From contig JAEUIC010000030.1 in NCBI GenBank assembly GCA_016795285.1, positions 148,435-212,434 on the forward strand: a DNA stretch of 64,000 bases, in the 5' to 3' direction. The position numbers were made by a program, and so were the translations under genes. The stretch is from Planctomycetota bacterium. Its GTDB lineage: Bacteria > Planctomycetota > B15-G4 > SIAN01. This document shows positions 55,744 through 62,260 of this stretch, piece by piece; position 1 is the first letter of the stretch; each line of letters starts with the position of its first letter. The notes below the pieces were generated by a model. It saw nothing but the letters and a program-made list of their open reading frames with translations. It did not search any database and was not told the DNA's origin.

Positions 55744-55971
55744 CGTCGTCGACTCCTCGAAAGGGGGGCGAGCCAAGGTGAGCCGCGAGCCGGAGTGGGG
55801 CGAGGGACCGGCGCGACGGCAAGTCGGGTCGCGGAACCTTGCAGTAGCCAGTGCTCCGGTGGCGGTGACGAAGCGCTCCAAGTCTTTGCAAAACTGACAC
55901 TTACGGAAAACCGGTAGGCGCCGATGCCGCGCCTCCGAAGGGGCGCCGGTCCGCGGACGTCGGCGCGCGGC

Positions 55972-56421
55972 CTAGCGCGGCCGCACGCGTGAGCCTTCCT
56001 CCTCCGGCGCGATCGAGAGCGGAGCTCCCGCCGACTCGGCGAGCCACTCGCCGTCGTTCGCGAGCGCGATCGCGGTGATCGATGGCGGCCGCGCCTCTTC
56101 GATCGCCGACCGTTCGTCCATCGTCAGTGCGAACGAGCCGCTGCGGGTCGGCTCCGCGAAGCGCCGCCGCAGCCACGGGTGGGGCGGGTCGCCGCCGAGT
56201 TCGAGCTGCAGCTGCGCGATCGGCGCGGTCGCGGACCAGCAGACACGCGTCGGCGGTGCGTCGAGCGTGCCGCACGGCGCCAGGATTTCGACGCGCATCG
56301 AAACCGAAGGTGCGTCGTACCACGCTGCTCGTGACGACGCCGCAACACCGAGCGCGGCGGCCAGCACGACCTGGACGATCGGCACGACCCGGTGGCGCAG
56401 CACGAACCGGTGCAGCGGCAC
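55972..56421 (-). CDS. Possible small secreted hypothetical protein (149 aa)
   Basis: This is the 3'-terminal part of the 1191-aa antisense ORF, where it leaves the amidohydrolase genes. GTG 56421 gives the signal-like (M)PLHRFVLRHRVVPIVQVVLAAALGVAASS. Composition is balanced and third positions are G/C-rich. A UUCG-loop hairpin (55929-55946) follows the stop. No convincing RBS. Confidence 0.3.
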   Translation of the reverse strand: MPLHRFVLRHRVVPIVQVVLAAALGVAASSRAAWYDAPSVSMRVEILAPCGTLDAPPTRVCWSATAPIAQLQLELGGDPPHPWLRRRFAEPTRSGSFALTMDERSAIEEARPPSITAIALANDGEWLAESAGAPLSIAPEEEGSRVRPR

Positions 56422-56486
56422 GCGTCGCGGGCGAGCCGTGGGCTCCAGCCCCCGACTCCCGCGCGCTTCTCCGGTTCGTTGGCAGC

Positions 56487-56514
56487 TTGTGGCCACTCTC
56501 GACCCCCGTACAAT
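56487..56514 (+). promoter_or_regulatory. Candidate promoter for the amidohydrolase-like array (TTGTGG-16 nt-TACAAT)
   Basis: A near-consensus -10 hexamer TACAAT at 56509-56514 stands out in GC-rich DNA. It lies ~260 nt upstream of ATG 56773. Confidence 0.3.
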
Positions 56515-56653
56515 GCCCGCCCTTCCACGACACCCACGGTCACGCAGTTCGCCGCACGTTCCTCGCCGCAACTCCACGTCCTGTCCCCGCCGGTCGTTCC
56601 CGGGGCGCGACGCTGGCTCGATCCGCGATCCGGTTTCGCCGCACGCACGCTCG

Positions 56654-56683
56654 CTGGTTCGTTGTCTGGTTCGCTGTCTGGCA
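56654..56683 (+). repeat. Tandem 12-mer CTGGTTCG(T/C)TGT x2 plus a partial third copy, in the 5' leader of the amidohydrolase-like array
   Basis: CTGGTTCGTTGT CTGGTTCGCTGT CTGGCA read directly at 56654-56683. Confidence 0.6.
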
Positions 56684-56772
56684 GGTCTGCCGATCGACTG
56701 GGATTCCTCGGCGCGACGGCGCCGAAGCTCCGCTCGATCGGGTCGACCCTCCGCAACTGCCGAGGCCCGCTC

Positions 56773-58356
56773 ATGAAGAAGGAAGCCCGGCCGCGGCGGC
56801 TGCTCGTCCCGTTCGGGACGGCGGTCGCCCTGGCGACGTTCGGTTCGCCGCTCCTCGCCCAGTTCGGGCCGAATCGACCGCCCACCGTCATCCGCGGAGG
56901 GACGGTGCATGTCGGCAACGGTGACGTCCTCGCCAACGGGACGGTCATCCTGCGCGGCCGCGAGATCGAGGCGGTCGGCGTCGACCTGCCGGTGCCCGAA
57001 GGGGCGAACGTCGTCGACGCGACCGGCAAGCACGTCTACCCCGGGCTGATCGACGTCGAGTCGACCCTGCTCCTCGACCCGGAGAGCCGCGCGATCGGCG
57101 AGGGCAGCCTCACCAGCCGGGTCGCGGACGCACTCGATCTCTTCGATTCCGACGCGATGAGCGCGGCGTGGGGCGGCGGCGTCACGACGGTCGGCGTCGT
57201 CTCGCGCCGCGCACTGTTCGACGGCGCGCGCGCGGTGGTGAAGCTGAAGCGGGCGCGCGGCGGCGACGTCTTCCTGCGCGAGGAGGGGGACTTCGCGGTC
57301 ACCTTCGGCGGGAACGTCGGTCGGCCGTCGATGCGGCTGCGCGAATGGAAGACCTTCGGCGAGCAGCTCGCCGCGACGCAGAAATACATCGAGGCGTGGG
57401 ACGAGTACGCCGAGAAGCTCGAGGAGTACAAGAAGGAGCTCGAGAAGTCGGCCAAGGAGGGGACCAAGCTCTCCGCTGACAAGAAGGACGAAGCGGCCCC
57501 GAAGCCCGAGGCGCCGAGCGGCCCCGGTGCCGGCGGCCCTGGCGACGGCGGCCGGCGCGGCCCCGGCGGCGAGGGGCGACGCCCCCGTCCCGGCCGCGTC
57601 CACACCCACGACACGCCCTTCCTCAACTGGCTGCGCGACACGCTCGGCTGGATGTGCGACTGCGGCCTCCCGAGCGACGGCGGCCGCCGCGAGGCGCACG
57701 ACCACCACGCGCTGACGCTGACCGACGGCGTCTCCTACGCCGAGCTCCTCGAGGAGCCCGCCAAGCCCGAAGGGGGTGACGCGAAGAAGGAGGAGCCGAA
57801 GAAGCCGGGCCGCCCCAACCGCGAAGAGCCGCGCGAGGCGCTGCGCAAGGTGCTCGAAGGCAAGGCGGGCGTGAACGTCTACTACGGCGGCGCCGCCGAC
57901 CTGCAGAACCTCCTCGACCTGCTCGCCACGTATCCGCTGAAGGTGAGCGTCACCGGCGGCGGCGAGGCGGCCGACCTCGCCGACCAGCTCGCTGCCCGCT
58001 CGATCACGGTCGTCGTCGTGCAACCGCACGACCTCGGCAGCGACGACCTTGACGCGGCCGCGACGCTTGCCGACGCGGGCGTCACCGTCGTGCTGACCAC
58101 GGCCGGGCGCTCGCCCGAGGCGACCCGCCACCTGTCGCTCAGCGCCGCGGCGGCCGTCGCCGGCGGCCTGCCGAGCGAGGAGGCGCTCGCCGCCATCACG
58201 TCGCGCGCGGCGACGCTGCTCGGCGTCGGCGACAAGGTGGGCAGCCTCGAGGCGGGCAAGCACGCCGACGTCGTCATCAGCCGCGGCGAGCTCTTCTCGT
58301 CGTCGGCGGTCATCGAACGGGTCTTCGTCGAGGGGGCGAGCGTGCTGCAGCGCTGA
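56773..58356 (+). CDS. Secreted amidohydrolase-fold protein, paralogue 1 (HxH motif absent; large charged/His-Cys insertion)
   Basis: Signal MKKEARPRRLLVPFGTAVALATFGSPLLAQ. VIRGGTVHVGNGDVL...GKHVYPGLIDVESTLLLD (ES replaces HxH). C-terminal signature GSLEAGKHADVVI. Confidence 0.75.
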   Translation: MKKEARPRRLLVPFGTAVALATFGSPLLAQFGPNRPPTVIRGGTVHVGNGDVLANGTVILRGREIEAVGVDLPVPEGANVVDATGKHVYPGLIDVESTLLLDPESRAIGEGSLTSRVADALDLFDSDAMSAAWGGGVTTVGVVSRRALFDGARAVVKLKRARGGDVFLREEGDFAVTFGGNVGRPSMRLREWKTFGEQLAATQKYIEAWDEYAEKLEEYKKELEKSAKEGTKLSADKKDEAAPKPEAPSGPGAGGPGDGGRRGPGGEGRRPRPGRVHTHDTPFLNWLRDTLGWMCDCGLPSDGGRREAHDHHALTLTDGVSYAELLEEPAKPEGGDAKKEEPKKPGRPNREEPREALRKVLEGKAGVNVYYGGAADLQNLLDLLATYPLKVSVTGGGEAADLADQLAARSITVVVVQPHDLGSDDLDAAATLADAGVTVVLTTAGRSPEATRHLSLSAAAAVAGGLPSEEALAAITSRAATLLGVGDKVGSLEAGKHADVVISRGELFSSSAVIERVFVEGASVLQR

Positions 58357-58413
58357 CCGATCGCCGCGCTGCGCGACCGTTCGACCTCGCAAGACAGGAG
58401 CTCCGACAAGCAC

Positions 58414-59508
58414 ATGCTCGCGATTCCCCTCCTTGCCGCGTTCGCGATCGCCTCGGGCCCGCCGCCCGCGGCCTCGCTGCGCCAACCCGCCCCCGTCGCG
58501 CTGCGCGTCGATGGCGTCGTGCAGCCCGATGGCTCGCTCGGCGCGGGCGGCTGGATCGTCGTGCGCAACGGCCGCATCGAGTCGCTCGGCGGCGCCGCTC
58601 CGCCGGCCGGTGCGGCGACCTTCGAGTTCCCGGGCGGCATCGCCTGCGCCGGGATGGTCGACGTCGCCACCTCGCTCGGGGCCGCCGGTCAGCTCGCCGA
58701 GCCGGCGCGCGCCTTCACTCCCGATGTCGCCGCGGCCGACGCCTTCGAGCCCGACCACTCGAGCTTCCTCGCCGCCGCGCGCTCCGGCGTGACGACCGTC
58801 GCGTTGACGCCGAGCGGCGACAACATCGTCGGCGGCCGCCTCGCGCTGCTGCGCACGCGCGACGACCACGGCCGCGGCGCAGTGCTGGTCGGCCCCGGGC
58901 CGCTGCGCTTCACCTGGAGCGACGAAGCGTTCCCCGGCGACCGCGTGCCGACCTCGCGGATGGGCGCGCTGCCGCGGCTGCGCGAACTCCTCGCGCAGGA
59001 CGCCACCAAGACCGCCGGCGCGAGCCTCGTCGCCGTGCAGACGCCCGACCAGATCCGCACGGCGCTCGATGCGTTCAGCGCCGCCGGCCGCTCGATCGCG
59101 CTGCTGCAGCCGATCCATCCCGAGGACGCGCTCGACCTGCTGCCGGGCCGCGCGCAGGCGGTGGTGCTCGGCGCGTACGACCTCGACACGCCGGAGCGCG
59201 AGACGCGGCTGCCGAAGCTCCTCGCCGAGCGCGCGGTGCCGGTCGCCTTCACCGCCAACGGCGATGGCGCGGCGCTGCGCCTCACCGCGGCGCTCGCCGT
59301 CCGTTCCGGGCTCGATCCGAAGGCGGCGCGCCTCGCGCTGACCGCGGTGCCGGCGCGCCTCCTCGGCGCCGACGGCGATGCCGGGACGCTCGAAGCGGGC
59401 AAGCGCGCCGACCTCGTCGTCTACGGCGGCGACCCGCTCGACCTCGCCGCGAAGATCCATCTCGTGCTGGTCGGCGGCGCCGCTGTCGCCAAGAAGGAGA
59501 CGCCATGA
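58414..59508 (+). CDS. Secreted amidohydrolase-fold protein, paralogue 2 (HxH motif absent)
   Basis: Signal-like MLAIPLLAAFAIASG. IVVRNGRIESLG...ACAGMVDVATSLG replaces the HxH motif. C-terminal GTLEAGKRADLVVYGGDPL. Confidence 0.7.
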   Translation: MLAIPLLAAFAIASGPPPAASLRQPAPVALRVDGVVQPDGSLGAGGWIVVRNGRIESLGGAAPPAGAATFEFPGGIACAGMVDVATSLGAAGQLAEPARAFTPDVAAADAFEPDHSSFLAAARSGVTTVALTPSGDNIVGGRLALLRTRDDHGRGAVLVGPGPLRFTWSDEAFPGDRVPTSRMGALPRLRELLAQDATKTAGASLVAVQTPDQIRTALDAFSAAGRSIALLQPIHPEDALDLLPGRAQAVVLGAYDLDTPERETRLPKLLAERAVPVAFTANGDGAALRLTAALAVRSGLDPKAARLALTAVPARLLGADGDAGTLEAGKRADLVVYGGDPLDLAAKIHLVLVGGAAVAKKETP

Positions 59509-60818
59509 TCCTGGCGCCCATGATCCTGGTGCAGAGCTTCCTCGCACCGGGCGCCCTCGCGCTCGCCGCGGTCCACGCGGCGGACAGCGTGCCTGCCGAT
59601 CCCTCGGCGCAGAAGCTGCGCGCCGACGCGCTGGTGCTGCAGGCGGCCGAGGTGCACGTCGGCGACGGCACCGTCTTCAAGCCGGGCCTCGTGATCCTGC
59701 TCGACGGCAAGGTGGTCGCGGCGGGCCAATCGCTGCCACTGCCGGCCGGCGCGAACGTGATCGACTGCGGCAACGCGGTGATCACGCCGGGCCTCGTCGA
59801 CGCGGCCTGCCAGCTCGGCACCTCGGCGCTGTTCGGCTCGGCCGAGCAGGGCAGCGAGGTGATCCCGCAGCTCGACATGTGGGACGCGCTCGACCTCTAC
59901 TCGAAGGACTTCGAGCGGCTGGTCGCCGACGGCGTCACCACCGTCTTCATCACCGGCGAAGCGTCGTCGGTGATCTCGGCGAAGGGCACGGCGGTCAAGA
60001 CCGGCGGCCCGATCGGCGAGCGGCGCGTCGCGGTGAAGCCGATCGTGAAGGCGACGCTCGGCCCCGAGAGCTCGCAGCGCGGCGCCGGCAACCGCAGCCC
60101 GAGCCGCTTCGGCGGCGTCAACTACACCGCCCGCCGCCCGACCACCCGCATGGGCTCGGCGTGGGTCTTCCGCAAGGCGTTCCACGACGCGATCGCGTTC
60201 CGCGACGCCGGCAAGCCGAGCAACGACGGCCTCGAGCCCGACGCGATGCGCGCGCTCGCCGACGTGCTGGCCGGCAAGACGGCGCTGCGCATGCAGGTCC
60301 GCGAGGCGCTCGACTTCTACACGTCGGTGAAGCTCGCCGACGAGTTCGGCCTGTCGTTCACCTACGAGTACGCCACCGAGGCGGCGCAGTGCATCGACCT
60401 GCTCGTCGCGCGCAAGCTGCCGGTGATCTTCGGCCCGGTGCGCACGACCGACTCGACCTTCGAGCAGTTCGAGGCGGCGCAGCCGGCGCTCGACACGGCG
60501 CGCCTGCTGGCCGAGAAGGGGGTCCCCTTCTGCCTCACCGCCTCCGATGCGAGCGGCGAGGGCGGGCTGCCGCGCCAGGCCGGCGTGGCGATCCGCAACG
60601 GCCTCGATCGCGCGCGGGCGCTGCGCGCGGTCACTTCCGATCCTGCCGCGATGGTCGGGCTCGAGGGCCGCGTCGGCCGCCTCGCTCCCGGCCTCGATGC
60701 CGACCTCGTCGTCTGGAACGGGATGCCGTTCGACGACACCGCGAAGCCGGTCCTCGTGCTGATCCACGGCCGGCCCGTCCTCGACCTGCAAGGCAAGTTC
60801 CGCAAGGAGAACTCGTGA
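59505..60818 (+). CDS. Secreted amidohydrolase-fold protein, paralogue 3 (HxH motif absent)
   Basis: AAGGAG RBS; the ATG overlaps the upstream stop (ATGA). VITPGLVDAACQLG replaces the HxH motif. C-terminal GRLAPGLDADLVVWNGMPF. Confidence 0.75.
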   Translation: MILAPMILVQSFLAPGALALAAVHAADSVPADPSAQKLRADALVLQAAEVHVGDGTVFKPGLVILLDGKVVAAGQSLPLPAGANVIDCGNAVITPGLVDAACQLGTSALFGSAEQGSEVIPQLDMWDALDLYSKDFERLVADGVTTVFITGEASSVISAKGTAVKTGGPIGERRVAVKPIVKATLGPESSQRGAGNRSPSRFGGVNYTARRPTTRMGSAWVFRKAFHDAIAFRDAGKPSNDGLEPDAMRALADVLAGKTALRMQVREALDFYTSVKLADEFGLSFTYEYATEAAQCIDLLVARKLPVIFGPVRTTDSTFEQFEAAQPALDTARLLAEKGVPFCLTASDASGEGGLPRQAGVAIRNGLDRARALRAVTSDPAAMVGLEGRVGRLAPGLDADLVVWNGMPFDDTAKPVLVLIHGRPVLDLQGKFRKENS

Positions 60819-62227
60819 TGGTCCTCTCGTCGCTCCTCGCCGCTTCCCTCCTCGCGGCGACCACGGCACTCGGCGATTCGGCGGCGGTGCGCGGCGGCAC
60901 GATCCTGCAGCCCGACGGCACGCGCATCGAGAAGGGGATCGTCGTCATCGAGGACGGCAAGGTCACCGCGGTCGGCGGCCCCGAGACGCCGATCCCGGCG
61001 GCGGCGACCGTCCTCGAAGCGGACGGGAAGGTCGTCTTCCCCGGGATGATCCTCGCCCACACGCAGGTCGGCCTCGACATCCCGAACGAGAACATGCCGA
61101 TCGCGCCGTTCGTGAACGTCTACGACTCGATCGAGCCGAACTCGGCCGAGTACGAGGAGTGCCTGCGCACCGGCATCACGACGGTGCACGCGATCCAGGG
61201 CAACAACACGGTGATCGGCGGCCTGTCGCGGATCATCCGGCCGCAGGGCGACATGGTCGAGTACATGACCGTGCGCCCCGACTACGCGCTGAAGATCTCC
61301 ATCACGCCGCGCAACGGCTTCAACCGCATGACGCAGCTCGCCGAGCTGCGGCGCGCCTTCGCCGACCTGAAGGCGCACGTCGACGCGGTCGCCGAGCGGC
61401 GTTACGAGGAGGAGCAGAAGAAGAAGGAGGAGAAGGTCCTCGTGCTGCCCGACGAGGCGGCGAAGCAGGGCCTCGCGCACGTCACCATCGACGACCTCGA
61501 CGCGCGCTGGCGGACGCTCTGGCGGGCGAGCAAGGGCGAGATCCCGCTCTTCGTCCACTGCGATCGCGCCATGGACGTCAGCAACGGCATCGCGTGGCTG
61601 CGCGAGGCGAAGCTGCTCGAGAAGGCGGTCTTCGTGGTCGGCACCGAGGCGCACAAGGCGGCGGGCGCGCTGAAGCAGGCGGGCCGGCCGGTGATCCTCT
61701 CGGGCGCCCTCGTCCACAAGGAGACCGACCCGCTCACCGGCAAGGAGAGCGAGGTCTTCGTCCCGAAGGTCTTCGCCGATGCCGGCCTCCCGTTCGTGCT
61801 GCAGCCCAACGGTTTCGCCTTCAACGCCGACGGCCTCCTCTGGTACCAGGCGGCGCGCTGCGTGCGCGAGGGCGTGGCGCGCGACGTCGCGCTGAAGTCG
61901 GTGACGCAGTGGGCCGCCGACGCGATCGGCATGGGCGACACGCTCGGCTCGATCGCGCCCGGCAAGTGGGGCAACGTCGCGATCCTCTCGGGCGATCCGC
62001 TCGACCAGGCGACGGTGGTCGAGAAGCTCCTCCTCGAGGGGCGCCTCGCCTACGACCGCGCGACCGATCGCCGGCTGAAGGAGCTCGCGACGGGCCAGGA
62101 ACTCGCCGCTCCGTCGGCGGAGGCGGCGCCGACCGCAGCGCCGGCCGCGCCCGCCGCGCCCGCCGCGCCCGCCACCGAGCCGCCCGCCGCGCCGCCGGCC
62201 GGCGGTGGTTCGGGCTCGGGCAAGTGA
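60818..62227 (+). CDS. Secreted amidohydrolase-fold protein, paralogue 4 (single His, AHT, at the HxH position; Ala/Pro-rich tail)
   Basis: The ATG shares one base with the upstream TGA. Signal MVLSSLLAASLLAATTALG. VFPGMILAHTQVGLD. Charged insert ERRYEEEQKKKEEKVL. Degenerate C-terminal GSIAPGKWGNVAILSGDPL. Confidence 0.75.
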   Translation: MVLSSLLAASLLAATTALGDSAAVRGGTILQPDGTRIEKGIVVIEDGKVTAVGGPETPIPAAATVLEADGKVVFPGMILAHTQVGLDIPNENMPIAPFVNVYDSIEPNSAEYEECLRTGITTVHAIQGNNTVIGGLSRIIRPQGDMVEYMTVRPDYALKISITPRNGFNRMTQLAELRRAFADLKAHVDAVAERRYEEEQKKKEEKVLVLPDEAAKQGLAHVTIDDLDARWRTLWRASKGEIPLFVHCDRAMDVSNGIAWLREAKLLEKAVFVVGTEAHKAAGALKQAGRPVILSGALVHKETDPLTGKESEVFVPKVFADAGLPFVLQPNGFAFNADGLLWYQAARCVREGVARDVALKSVTQWAADAIGMGDTLGSIAPGKWGNVAILSGDPLDQATVVEKLLLEGRLAYDRATDRRLKELATGQELAAPSAEAAPTAAPAAPAAPAAPATEPPAAPPAGGGSGSGK

Positions 62228-62260
62228 TGCCGCTCCGCGTGCCGCAAGGAGAGTCCTGAC

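Noticed and set aside
55837-55851. Sigma54-like TGGC...TGCA element (CTGGCTACTGCAAGG on the minus strand) upstream of the FG-GAP gene
   Set aside because: The GG-to-GC spacing is ~7 nt instead of the 10 nt required for a -24/-12 promoter.
51521-55917. 1459-aa minus-strand ORF (51521..55900) and 1399-aa plus-strand ORF (51718..55917)
   Set aside because: Both are alternative or antisense frames over the FG-GAP/ASPIC gene (52624..55743) and the lipoprotein gene. Their translations are dominated by R/A/G/P/D and show no motifs.
56075-56924. 233-aa and 280-aa plus-strand ORFs (and the 210/301-aa minus-strand ORFs) in the gene-poor region
   Set aside because: Their translations are Arg/Ser/Ala/Pro-rich with no hydrophobic core or motifs, and they overlap each other in different frames. 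They are probably non-coding leader or promoter DNA.
56422-59547. Bulk of the 1191-aa minus-strand ORF (55972..59547)
   Set aside because: It is antisense to amidohydrolase-fold paralogues 1 and 2 and has low-complexity R/A/G/E-rich translation. Only its last 149 codons, which lie outside those genes, were kept as a low-confidence CDS.
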